Below are positions 24,666 to 37,180 of a stretch of DNA of 64,000 nucleotides, in pieces. The position numbers were made by a program, and so were the translations under genes. This stretch comes from Phoronis australis. Its lineage: Eukaryota > Animalia > Phoronida. Each line of letters starts with the position of its first letter. Position 1 is the first letter of the stretch. The notes beneath the pieces are model-generated. The model did not search any database, was not told the origin of the DNA, and was given only the letters and a program-made list of their open reading frames with translations. Where the stretch lies: NCBI GenBank assembly GCA_002633005.1, contig NMRA01000002.1, positions 1,336,077 to 1,400,076 of the forward strand, given 5' to 3'.

Positions 24666-27600
24666 TGATTTCAGTTTGACTGAATGCATAAGATTTTGTG
24701 TCTAGTAATAACACTGATTCAGAAGAAAATTCATGAAATAGCAGCACATTTAACTGAACTTAAAGAAACCACCATGAATTTTCCTCGAGGTTTGTGAGTA
24801 ACCTATATCAAAGTGAACTTGGCACATTGGCTTTATTACTCAGAGTGCAGTCAGTAATCCAAAAGCCACAATTTATGAGGACGGCTAGTGAGCAAATCAT
24901 TTATTTTTTCAACTTAAAAAAATTGTTATGTCATGCCACAAACAATGCCTAAGAACAGCTGAAAATACCTCCGCCACTAGAGACTATGGTCAAGCTGCAT
25001 GAGTCCATTCACCGTGTCAATAGAATTGATAACTTATCCTGTATGTCACAGTAAAAGTAACTGTGCACAAAGCCGCTAAAAAATGTCCGGATTTTTGCAG
25101 TCACTGCAAAAAATGGAAACCAAACATCAAAGTTCTACTTCGTAAAAATTGTCAAAATTATCAACGCAAACTATCAAAAAGCCTTGTCTGTATTTATAAA
25201 AACGCCACCTATCAAATAAAACAAATTCTTCTGCAAATATTACACAAGTGAAAGCATATTACTTTTCAGTCCAGAATACGCTCAGACAAACTTAACAGGT
25301 AATTCAAAACTAATGAAACAAAGATATAAAGCCATACACACAATGTTTTTTGTTCCCAACTGCAACAGTGAATGTGATACTGCACTTAACAAACAGTTTG
25401 AGTTACAAGACATTGGCAATATGTTAATGAGGTATTAATTATACTGAAACATATTTGGATCAAGACAAAAATGAGGCTAATTGGGACTAAAGTAATCCAC
25501 ACAATACAAAAATTAATTTTAGACAAAAATGGATCTTTTCAGCCACACAAAGCCATTCTAATGAGAAGACAGTGAAGCATTCTGTTTCTTGGTTACAGGT
25601 TCTCCCTATAAATGTATCTGAGAACTTACGAAGCAGTTTCAAACACCTCAAAAATCAACAGTGCCAACCTTTTTACTTTTAATTTTTGTAAAATTCAAGG
25701 CACTTCTGTTGACCACAGACAATTTCATGTTACTGTCTCAAAAAGTTCCGTGGACTGTTAGGGTAGATAACTGACTAAAACACCCACTTTCAATAGTGAG
25801 TCAAAGCAAGCGCAGTATCTGGGAACTAATTCTAGCAGAACAAATAGCAGTTTTAAACCTGATGCACTCTAGGCTTAGCACAACACAGCAAGCACATATT
25901 ATTAGTGTCTGGCAACAGCACACCAAAGTCACATGACACAGAGACTGGTGCTGCCCTCTATCCGACCCTGTTAGTAATACATTTGTGTGCCCCTTTGTCA
26001 CCCACTGAAGACTAAAAGAACTTTGAATAAAGACAGGTTGCAATAGGAATTGTCTCCCCTAATCAACCAGTCCCTGTAGCTACCCCTACACAGATGTGAC
26101 ATTTTGACAGTACACATTCGCCTTCATACGAAACAACTGAATGAGTAGAGCCAAGGAGTCTCTACATCAGAGTCCCAGTGACATGTGACGTGTCCATATT
26201 TACAAAACAGTAAATGCTGACAAGTTTTCAATATTCAAGATTTAAATCATTGACTAAAATGACTCGACAGTGGACGAAAGGTACAGAAAACCAGACAGAT
26301 AAAGACTTGCACATGTCCATGGTACACCTGACTCTGCCTACAAGCAAGTGAAATGCGCATCCTTGTAAAGCACTTAATAACAAAAAATAATTTTTTGAAA
26401 ACATATGCTATTTCAGATGACAGCAAGTAAACTTCATATTTGAAATACAAATTCTTCTTGTCAGAACGCAAGGAACCAAGTTTTTAATTAATGTTCTAAC
26501 AGATAGCAACCATCAAAGTCCCTTTTTGAAAAATTGACACTTGGGGTTGTTTGAACTAAAATAAACAATCTGAAGAAAGATTCCCTCGGCCATAGACCGT
26601 AAAATAAGTGTGCATATTTTCATGAGAATCGAACAACTCACTGAGGAAAAATTAATGTTCGAAATTGCTAAAAGTGTCAAAAACCAAAAGACATGAAAAT
26701 GAGCAACGCGGATGTGCCACATACTTAAAATCAACTGAAGTTGTACCAAACAACTTTCCTATTTAGCACATAAATGTGAAAGCCAATTGGCAGCAGCAAA
26801 AATACAGATATAATTTCATACAAAAATTTTGAAGCACAATCTTTTAAGCACCTGGAATATTATACAGCATTGATCAGATTTTAATTTTTGAAGAAACAAC
26901 ACATTTTACGGAGAAAAAAAGGTGTTTTTGAAAAACAAGACCATGTATGCTTTTGAAATCTTCAAACATAGATAAAACAACTTCAAGATGGTTTTGCCTG
27001 GCAAAAAATCATCATATGAGCTTGAGTTTGGACATAGAAACTATTTTAGAAGTGTTATTTCATTTCAGAATTGGATTATTTCTTCTGAAAAATGCTACAT
27101 TTCTATTCCAGCAATATGGTAACACTAACTGCGATCTGAGGTGTGCCAGAGTTGGAACACTTACCTGTTTACTGACAACATATCAAATCCCTCTTAAACC
27201 GTCAACGAAATAATACATATTTCATTATTGAAGGTGCATTCCATCATCAGTCACTGTATACCAACTTGGCCAGACAACCTATGTCAATTATTATTAGTCA
27301 CGCACCAATTCCCCTTGTTATTGAAGTACCACCTAACTCCCAATCTCACTACATATACGTCTGCTTCAATTAAGAGCAAGCTGCTATTTCAAACAATTAC
27401 ACACAAGCTAAATTTGCGCACATCCACACAGAGACAAAAAGCAGTTACATATTGTTAGCTACCAACATCATATCATACTGATGAAGCGGTCTACTACACT
27501 TAGGTCAGTAGACATAAAGATCACCAAGTGACATAATATAAACGAAACTAAACTAAAATGACTACAGTGTCATTACAAAACTTTTACTTTCACAGTCAAG

Positions 27601-27764
27601 CTGAAATGAGACTAGTTATACTATCCAGCAGAGCCAGTAGTCAACGCGAGTTACCCAGGGTATGAAAGCAGACATATGTGCAAATATATAGATATACAAT
27701 ATTACAATATTATCACCAAACAAAACTCCCCCCATACAGCACCTTCTATCATCCAATCGCACAC

Positions 27765-27994
27765 TCACTCATCCTTGGTGCAATTCACCAACGGAACATT
27801 GCCATTTTTTGCTCTGTCTACTCTTGGCGTGAAGTCTTTGAGAAGCGCTCGGAAGATAAAGACTGTGAAGCAGAAGACGGGAATGTTACCAAAGGCAACG
27901 ATTGGACCCATCAATCCTGGGATGTATGGTTCGACAAATGCCAGCTGGTAGTCGACAAAACCAAACGACAGAATACGTGACGTGAATGCCGTAA
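27765..27994 (-). CDS. TLC gene last coding exon (FTAFTSRIL...RALLKDF...CTKDE*)
   Basis: cttacag acceptor; open frame to TGA at 27767-27765; absent from the ORF track, read by hand. Confidence 0.85.
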
Positions 27995-30900
27995 CTGTAA
28001 GATGATAAGTATTTCAGGATTAAATCAGTGCGTCTACTAGACTCTCTTTTAATCATTATCTAAGGATGTGCAACTTAATCAGGATTCTTCAAACAAAACA
28101 CTAATTAACCTGTAACTTCAGACAGAAATAAACCTACACATTGAGAAATTGTTTACTAAAGCCAACCCCAGCATATACCATCCTACACCTATTGAGCCCT
28201 TATTTTAGTAAGATCACTACAACTGGCAATGACCTATCATGTAGCACATGGGTTGTCAAACAGGCAACACCTGGGCCCGGTCTCTAATCTCTGTACTCGA
28301 AACGAACTCGAAACTATTTTTGGCAATTTCTCTGCTCCTTTTGTGCGAACTTAAGATAATTGGTTATCAGACTGTGCTCGAATACATTATAGTTTATGCA
28401 TAGGAGTTTCTAGTTCAAGTNTAATGAACAAGCTGTACTATACTATAATGTGATAATGAACAAGCTGTACTATACTATAATGTGATAATGAACAAGCTGT
28501 ACTATACTATAATGTGATAATGAACAAGCTGTACTATACTATAATGTGATAATGAACAAGCTGTACTATACTATAATGTGATAATGAACAAGCTGTACTA
28601 TACTATAATGTGATAATGAACAAGCTGTACTATACTATAATGTGATAATGAACAAGCTGTACTATACTATAATGTGATAATGAACAAGCTGTACTATACT
28701 ATAATGTGATAATGAACAAGCTGTACTATACTATAATGTGATAATGAACAAGCTGTACTATACTATAATGTGATAATGAACAAGCTGTACTATACTATAA
28801 TGTGATAATGAACAAGCTGTACTATACTATAATGTGATAATGAACAAGCTGTACTATACTATAATGTGATAATGAACAAGCTGTACTATACTATAATGTG
28901 ATAATGAACAAGCTGTACTATACTATAATGTGATAATGAACAAGCTGTACTATACTATAATGTGATAATGAACAAGCTGTACTATACTATAATGTGATAA
29001 TGAACAAGCTGTACTATACTATAATGTGATAATGAACAAGCTGTACTATACTATAATGTGATAATGAACAAGCTGTACTATACTATAATGTGATAATGAA
29101 CAAGCTGTACTATACTATAATGTGATAATGAACAAGCTGTACTATACTATAATGTGATAATGAACAAGCTGTACTATACTATAATGTGATAATGAACAAG
29201 CTGTACTATACTATAATGTGATAATGAACAAGCCACAACACGACAAGGGGTGCCACATGTTCAGGGACAGGGATAGTGAGACAAACATGACCTCTCGGAC
29301 AGTAAGTAATGCCTAAGTTCCCCATTCCCTTTGACATTCAACAGCGCCTCAGTCTAAAAGCATTTAACGTTAAATTGCAGATTGTTGGCTTGTTGTTTAC
29401 ATACAGAGCAAGTCTGGTTCGCAAAACTTTTAGTGTAAACTATACCTGTCGTGTCCAGCACCTCAATGAATATTTGCTAAGTTTGACGCAATCAATAGCG
29501 CCCCCATCAGTTGATTTGTCGTATGCATTCAATCATGAAATTAAAAGGAAGCCATCACCAACATTAATCAGTTGACAAACTTGTAATAATACTTACACAG
29601 TCCTAGTAGGGTGTTAACCAAATAGAATATATTCGTCCTACTGACATCCTCATAATGCATTAGCTTTCTTGAGTGCAAGAAAATATTGCTAACTTCCGAT
29701 GTGACGGCCATGATGCAATAGTGGACACCCTCACGGTACCAGACGCAACCACCGTAAGTAGCAAAGGCCTGCAAAATAACCGACACCATTATTATGAAAG
29801 AGAAATTAAACCTTGCCACTCATGTGAAGCTAGGACTAAACTCGGAGCTAAAGATTTAAGAGCATTCTATTAACAGATATGGACAAAAAAAAATAAATTG
29901 AAATTGAGGTTTTTGGATTAAAAGAACATAATTCATCTTTCTCAGTCTTTCCTTAGCAAGGTTATTCATATCCAAGGGCAAGAGGTTTATATCTCATGTA
30001 CACAAGACACATTGTTTAGCTAAACTTGAGAAAACACAGTTCTGGTTAAATGTAAATGGACTCACGCAACTAAGAATGTACATGGTTTTCCATAAATCTA
30101 CAAAATTTATTAATGACTTATCGTAAACGTTTTTAGGTTTGGTCTGGGCGCCACCTTTTGGCCACATCACGTGACCTAATGAACATAAGTATGAAAAGAT
30201 TTCATGTTCAACGTGGTGTGGCCAATAGGTAGCGTGCAGACCAGTCTTAAAAATGCTTTTGATCTATATTTCCACAAAGATTCAAGATTTACATTTTTTA
30301 GACACCTTCATCTAAGTTTTGTAATAGTCAACTCTTGTGCTTGGTATAACCATGCCATAACATGTGGTCATCACAAACAAACAATTTGTTAAGGAAAATT
30401 ATGTAGATTATGTGGTGTTCTGAATAATATCAAACATTTCAGACTAATATTCATTAGGTCACATGATGTGACCAACAAATGGCGTGCTGACAAGAATAAA
30501 TTTTATTGAAATTGAAGGCCTGACAATACTTAAAACTTATCACATCTAGTAATTTAAATGTCCATGCAGATCCTTTAAGTCTACAAAATTAAGATAACTC
30601 AAAATAAATGAGTTGTACGGAGCTATGTTCATCAAGTTTTTTATATGATCATCGCTGGTCACTATACACACATCTCGCAATCCCCAATCTTTTCCAAAAG
30701 GTTCAGTCCATAATGCTTTGCCAAATATTATGAACAGCCTTCCCAATATTGGTTCACATTCATTAGTTTCTGTTTTTAATTATGTTATGTAAGTTATCAC
30801 CTTGAGTTCCCCATTCCAAACTGTATTGTAAATAAAGGGAACACCAAATACGATTGCTTTCCTTTAATCACGTTCTTTATAGTTGCAGTAGTAGTAGTTT

Positions 30901-33900
30901 AGTAATAACATTATAATACTATAATTAAAAATACATACAATTTATGCAGACTACGAGAAGGCTCAATGACCATGGAGCCACTTAACTCGTTTTAAAACCC
31001 GCGTCTCACAAACGTTTTTATTAAGGTAGTTTCCTTGAACAGGTGTCTTGAAAACTTAGCTACAATGACCTCAACTTTAACGGGTTTCCAAACCAAAGTT
31101 TAGCAATTCTGACCTCCCCCCATGAGCACAGTCAATTGTTCCAACAAACCTAAAACTCAAAGACTTCACCACGCCAACAAGTGTGCAGTATTTGTAGAAT
31201 GCCTAAATGAACACCCAGGAAAAGACTGGAGCTAAAAACACAAAATTCTAAAAAAGAATTGAAATTTTAAGAACCTGTAAACTTACACATATGTGGTGTA
31301 AAATGAAGGCATATGCCAACTTCAAATCCCGACTATAGGCGACGAAAACATAGATATCGAATACGAAGAACCCTAAAAAGTAACAAAACCAAAAAATGTC
31401 AACAAAACACAACAAAAACCCACCAGAACTGTTTGTCACTGAGATTAGATAGCAAGTCAGTAATCTGAGCAAAAAGTTCAACTGTGAATTCAAGTGCCTT
31501 TGATTTTTAGCATGACTCCAAAGTTCTGGTGAGAACAAAAAGTTCATAAATTAAATATTTTAAATGAGTAAGTGAGAACCAAACCTTTCCACATGGAACC
31601 TGAAACAGAGACCTGCACAGTAAGACACATGTGAAGGCATCTAATCAGTTATAATAATTCTAAATATATGAATAAACAATTATTACAAATCTCAATTAAT
31701 AAATTACAATTTAAGGTACAGACAAGCTGAATGACAGAGAACTTAACCAAGGCAAGCTAGACATAGGTGTCATTTGACAGAAATAATCTGTGGAATAAGC
31801 AAAAGGCCTAGATGTAGAAAGCGACTGAGTGATTAGTGACCACGATCAGCAAGTCACTGTCAGCAAGTCACTGTCAGCAAGTCACTGTCAGCAAGTCACT
31901 GTCAGCAAGTCACTGTCAGCAAGTCATTGTCAGCAAGTTACTGTGACTACTGAGCCAAACATAGCAGCTGCTGAAAACACATATTCAGCAAGTCACTGCG
32001 ACTATTGAGCCAGATATGGTTGAGGACATATGTTCTCACAGTTACTGTGACTATTGAGTCAAACATGGTGGAAAACTTATGAGTTCAGTAAGTCACTGTG
32101 ACTATTAAGCCAGACATGTTTGATGACTTGTATGTTCAGCAAGTTACCAGCCAGAGCTAGACATAACGAGCTGCAGACCGCATTTGCGATCTGAAACTTG
32201 ACGAAAGCAATAAAAACAACAAAATCTGTTGTTTTTGTGATTTTCTTATGAATCGTCACAATTCTCCCCATTGTCTGCCATTTATTGAAAGACATTTAAC
32301 TCTGCCAACAGAGCATTAGGTCGCTATTGTAAGAGTTTGATTTAGTGCTGATGCTGTTCACAAGAAATCATTTTTCTTCCTGATAATGTCTCTTTAAAGC
32401 TGAGTACAATAAAGCCGAGTACAATAAAGCCGAGTACAATAAAGCCCAGTTGCAAACTCCACCAAAACAAATGTTTGCGTTTGGTGCTTACCCAAAATGA
32501 AAGAGAGCAACATCTCTGCATTTAATGATGTTCCCATATAATTCTTGGTATTCATGATTCCCACCACACTGAAAAGACAAGACAATGACAAACATTAGAA
32601 GGTTTCTGAATGGTTTAAACTTGAAACAGAGACAAGACAAACTTTCACAACAGTCATTTGGTATCATGAACCCTACATTCTAAACAAGAGCAATGCGAAG
32701 CGTTGAAATGTGCCCACGAATGCATCTCAAATGGTGTGCTTTTAGGGTTGTTTAATTGTGTCATGAAAATGGCCACTAGATGGCACAAAAACTTAAAATC
32801 CATCCGAAAACAGAAGCATGTCATTGCTTGCTTAAAAGAAAGCTATACACCAAATTTCATAGAAATACATCACAGAACTTCAAAGAAACAAAGGGAAACA
32901 GAATAAAATGAAATTGCCACTAGGGGGCACAGTGTTCATTGGCTCCACCTGAAAGTCGTTATTGTCTGTTGTTAGCTTCATATAAATACATTTACTAAAT
33001 TCAATATAGATCCTGGAGTGGGTTTAGGAGTTACATCTATGGGTGCAAAACAAAACAAAACTACCACTAGGAGATGCCAAAGTAGTTAAAGTAGTCATCG
33101 TCAACCGTCCTCTTCACACTGAGAACATATACGCCAATTTTCAAAACCATCCTTCGAATGATTTGGTTGATAGAGTGGTAGATGCCAAAAAACAGACTCG
33201 AAAACAGCAAAAATGGCCACTAGGTGGCGCAAAATACCTTGATTCCATCCGAAAATGGTAGGATAGCGTCATCCCACCAATAGATGCCCCTATTCAAAAT
33301 TTTACGAAAATCCGTGGAGGACCTTTGAAGATACAGAGGTAAACGTCACCAGGGGGCACACCAATAGTCAAATCCATCCGAAAATAGTCGTCGTCCATTG
33401 TCAACATCATATAAACATACTTGTTAAATTTAGTAAAAATCCTGCAAACGGTTTAGGAGATACAGCCATGGATGCAAAAAACAAAACTGTCACTAGGAGG
33501 TGCCATAGTAGTCGAAATCATCGGAAAATCATCGTCAGCCATCCACTTCATAGTAAAAACATACATGCCAATTTGCACAATTATCCTGAAAGCGGTTTGG
33601 TTGATAGAGGGGTGGACTCGAAAACAGTAAAAATGGCCACTAGGTTGTGCAAATTAGGTTGAATCCATCTGAAAACGGAAAAATAGCGTCACCTCACTAA
33701 CAGAAGCCTGTACATCAAATTTTATGAAAACACGTTGAGGACCTTTGAAGATACAGAGGTAAACGTAAAAAAATAAAATTGCCACTAGGTGTCACAGTAG
33801 TTGTCAGATCTGTCCTAAAGTCGTCATCGTCCATTGTCAACATCATATAAATTTGGTAAAGATCCTACAAAAGGTTTAGGAGATACAGCCATGGGTGCAA

Positions 33901-34953
33901 AAAACGAAACTGCCACTAGGAGGCGCCACGGTAAACGAAGTCGTCGGAAAATCATTGTCCGCTGTTCTCTTCATAGTAAAAACATACATGCCAGTTTTCA
34001 CAATCATGCTTCCAGCGGTTTGGTTGATAGAGGGATGGGCGCTAAAAAAGAGACTCGAAAACAGTAAAAATGGCCACTAGGTGGTGCAAACTACGTCGAA
34101 TCCATCTGAAAATGGGAGGATACCGTCATCTCACAAATAGATGCCTATGTACCAAATTTTATGAAAATACGTTGAGGACCATAGAAAATATAGACGAGGT
34201 AAATGTAAAAAAATAAAATTGTCACTAGAGGGCACACCAGTAGTCTGCTCAGCTGAAAATTTGCTCATCCGTCCCCATCCATGAAAGGAACACATGAACA
34301 AAATTTCATGAACATACGTCAATCGGTTTTGGAGATAGAGCAGCGGATATACACCACCCAGACGGACGGATGGAGATGACGGCATAATGTGTCCACATAT
34401 AAATATGTGGGCACATACAAACTTGCACTCAAACACCCTTTGTTCAATATGTTCTCACTTTCAATTGATGAAGTCAGAACCTTAAGTTCCTATAAAGCCC
34501 CAAGTCTCCATAAACCTACCTAACCAGTGCCCATATTCCTCTTACACATAAACCTACCTAACCAGTGCCCATATTCCCGTTATCCATAAACCAACCTAAC
34601 CAGTGCCCATATTCCCGTTATCCACACACCTACCTGAACAGAGCCCATATTCCTGTTATCCATAAACCAACCTAACCAGTGCCCATATTCCCATTATCCA
34701 CAAACCTACCTGAACAGTGCCCATATTCCTGTTATACACAAACCTACCTGAACAGTGCCCATATTCCTGTTATACATCCATGGATGAGAGAGACTGCAGT
34801 ATTGGCAGCCACCACTCGCTCTTTCTCGTGGACCTTGATGACTCGGAGCAGAAGACGGAAGCTCACATAGAAGAACAGTGCTGAGAACAGGCCGACGAGC
34901 ATATGAGCGCTTAATTCATTTGCCAGAATTGAAATCACTTCCTTTACACCCAT
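27765..34953 (-). CDS. TLC (TRAM/LAG1/CLN8) domain membrane protein, TLCD1/TLCD2-like, 256 aa
   Basis: Coding exons 34953-34748, 32568-32492, 31372-31287, 29768-29597, 27994-27765; phases 2,1,0,1 all match; 771 nt including TGA. Motifs VSLIHG, GFFVFD, ILHH, EVSNIFLHSRKLM, RI, RALLKDF are typical of TLC proteins. Several hydrophobic helices. ATG context aacATGG. Confidence 0.9.
28422..29233. repeat. 32-bp perfect minisatellite, 25+ copies, next to an N gap
   Basis: TAATGAACAAGCTGTACTATACTATAATGTGA x25 plus 12 bp; N at 28421. Confidence 0.99.
29597..29768 (-). CDS. TLC gene coding exon 4 (AFATYGG...EVSNIFLHSRKLM...LLGL)
   Basis: ttttgcag acceptor, gtaagt donor; E-x-S/N-x-x-FL-x-x-R motif. Confidence 0.9.
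30159..30475. mobile_element. MITE with ~26-bp TIRs; partial second copy at ~1437-1605
   Basis: TTGGCCACATCACGTGACCTAATGAA ... TTCATTAGGTCACATGATGTGACCAA; the left half recurs in ABCA intron 1. Confidence 0.65.
31287..31372 (-). CDS. TLC gene coding exon 3 (GFFVFDIY...AFILHHIC)
   Basis: tttttag acceptor, gtaagt donor; conserved G-F/Y-F-x-x-D and HH motifs. Confidence 0.88.
31847..32150. repeat. 14-bp tandem repeat grading into longer degenerate units
   Basis: CAGCAAGTCACTGT x~7 (31847-31944), then AAGTCACTGTGACTATTGAGCC-containing units about every 55-60 bp. Confidence 0.85.
32492..32568 (-). CDS. TLC gene coding exon 2 (VVGIMNTKNYMGTSLNAEMLLSFIL)
   Basis: ttttcag acceptor, gtaagc donor, phase 2 to 1. 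Confidence 0.8.
32682..34421 (-). mobile_element. Helentron-associated (HINE/DINE/pearl-like) non-autonomous element with ~430-bp internal tandem units
   Basis: Sub-terminal inverted repeats ATGTGCCCAC (~32709) / GTGGGCACAT (~34407). Palindrome CCACATATAAATATGTGG and a (GACG)n microsatellite at one end; short hairpin and AACAAGAG at the other. GGCCACTAG recurs at 32771, 33215, 33635, 34072. Confidence 0.7.
34512..34777. repeat. 38-bp minisatellite, 7 copies, derived from the TLC exon/intron junction
   Basis: AAACCTACCTGAACAGTGCCCATATTCCTGTTATACAC at 34512, 34550, 34588, 34626, 34664, 34702, 34740; the last copy overlaps the coding exon. Confidence 0.95.
34748..34953 (-). CDS. TLC gene coding exon 1 (MGVKEV...VSLIHGCITGIWALF); exon begins at acceptor 35066
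   Basis: gtttcag acceptor before 35066; donor AG|gtaggt after 34748. Confidence 0.85.
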
Positions 34954-35534
34954 GTTTGCAAAGACGGAGGACTGGACTACAGCTGGAAGAAGGGTTTGAC
35001 TTTGGTATGTAGATTGTATAACACAAGGCGACCAGTTGGTTGAAGTTTTATTCACTGCATATCAACCTGAAACAAAGTACATTCATTACAAATCTTTAAC
35101 AATACCACACACGCATAGAACTGTTCTTTGTTGTAAACACCAGCTATAATCCTATGTATGTTTCTGTTTAAACTCAAATAATATAAATGAAGAGATGTAT
35201 CGAAACACTATTTTGATTGTCGGACTACTTGTTTTCAGTTTGAAGGATTTAAAAAATTTATAGCTTCCAAAGGTGTCCATATGTACACAAAATGTACATT
35301 CCATGTGCTAGTTACAGGTCATGTTACTTCCCAATCACTTACACTTAATGACAGATCATTTAACATATATCTGAAGACCTTTGACTGAATAAGTAAACTT
35401 ATCTCAGTACAGTTCTTAGTTCACCTTTGCACCAATGATGAAAGTGAGCAGCTGGTTGATATCTGAATCATTGAAAGAATTTTTACAGTTTCTTTCTGAT
35501 CTAGTTAAGTGACCACAAAGTTGGAGAAAACCGA

Positions 35535-36597
35535 AAAAATGAAATTGCCACTAGGGGGCACAGCATTTGTCGGATGCATCTGAAAGTCGTCATCGTCTGC
35601 TCTGAACTTCATATGAATACACCTGCTAAATTTAATAAAGATCCCGAAGTGGATTTAGGACATACAGCTACCGGCGCCAAATGAAAACTGCCAATAAGAG
35701 GCGCCACAGTAGTCAAAGTCGTCATTGCCAACCGTCATACTGAGAACGTATATGCCAATTTTCGAAATCATCCTTAGAATGGTTTGGTTGATAGAGGGGT
35801 GGATGCAAAAAACAGATTCAAAAATAGCAAAAATGGCCACTAGGTGGTGGAGAATACCTTGAATCCTTCCGAAAACAGGAAAATAGCGTCATCTCACCAA
35901 TAGATGCCTACATTCCAAATTTTATGAAAATCTGTTGATGACCTTTGAATATAAAGAGGTAAACGCAAAAAAACTAAAATTGTCACTAGGGAGCACACCA
36001 GTAGTCAAATCCGTCCAAAAGTCGCCGTCGTCCATTGTCAACTTCGTATAAATAAACTTCCTAAATTTAGGAAAAAATCCTGCAGAGTGATTAGGCGATA
36101 CCACCATGGGCGCAAAAAAGACTACCACTGTGAGGTGCTACATTAGCTGAAGTCATCGGAAAATCATAGTCAGCCTTCCTCTTCACTATCGTCCTTAGAG
36201 CGGTTTGTTTGATAGAGGGGCGGACTGCAAAATACCTCAAATCCGTCCGTAAATGGCCACTAGGTGGCACAAAATACCTCGAATCCATCCGAATATAGGG
36301 GTATAGCATCACCTCACTAATAGATGCCTATGTGCCAAATTTCACAAAAATCTGTTGAGGACCTTTGAAGATACAGAGGTAAACATAAAAAAATTAAATT
36401 GCCACTAAGGACACACCGGTAGTCGGATCCATCAAAAATTCGCTGCTATGCATTGCCAGCTTCATAGAAACCCATCTGCTGAATTTCATCAAGATCCTGT
36501 AAGAGGTTTAGGAGATACAGCTATGGACGCTGGATGCCCGGACGCCCAGAGATGAAGGCAAAATGCACCCACATATAAATATGTGGGCGCATAAAAA
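35535..36597 (-). mobile_element. Third, truncated copy of the same HINE-like family (TLC intron 1)
   Basis: Same internal units; right end CCCACATATAAATATGTGGGCGCATAAAAA; the AACAAGAG end is missing. Confidence 0.7.
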
Positions 36598-37180
36598 ACG
36601 TGAGGTATGGTTTTGCTTCATTTCTCTCCATAAACAACCAAGTGAAAAATGACCTTCAAAAAAAGTAAAAGGCTGTGCCTATCAGCAAGGTGTCATGACG
36701 ACGGGTCAGACAGCAAATACACAAACTCACTTACAGTCAATCATGACACTATGAGATACTCGAAAAGGAAAAAGAAATTAGAACATGCTGAGGAAAAGAA
36801 ATTGGTTGAAATTATTAACAACTTAACAGGACAACTAAATGATGATAAAATTGATGATGAAATTGTACGTATACATGATTCACACACTGCTGGCATGCGC
36901 TTATTCAAATTCAATTTCTGGCTGTTAGCATGCCAACCAGTAACGTTTCAGTGGCAACCTCCAGGCCACACCCAGGCCTGCCATTTGCAGAACTGAGAAA
37001 TCCTTTACTTAGTAGCCAAACTGGCAACTGTCTATTTGACAACTAGCCATTGTTACACTATGCGTACTCCTATTTTTACCGCACCCGCCAGGAGCGAGTA
37101 CATAGTTAAAAATGGGCAGTTGACGATTAGGGCAACTGAACAGAGGACTGCTCGAAGAAAAAGTTTGATTACGAAAGTAT

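Noticed and set aside
27478-27520. CTGATGA followed by the stem GTCTACT/AGTAGAC as a hammerhead
   Set aside because: No GAAA after the stem (reads CATAAA), and the spacing is wrong
28422-29233. 32-bp repeat array as a CRISPR array
   Set aside because: Head-to-tail copies with no spacers, no cas genes, and a eukaryotic intron location
923-34953. ABCA + TLC as a functional lipid gene cluster
   Set aside because: Adjacency of two convergent genes is not evidence without conserved synteny or co-expression
36649-36996. 115-aa Lys-rich ORF
   Set aside because: Antisense within a TLC intron, low complexity, no recognised homology
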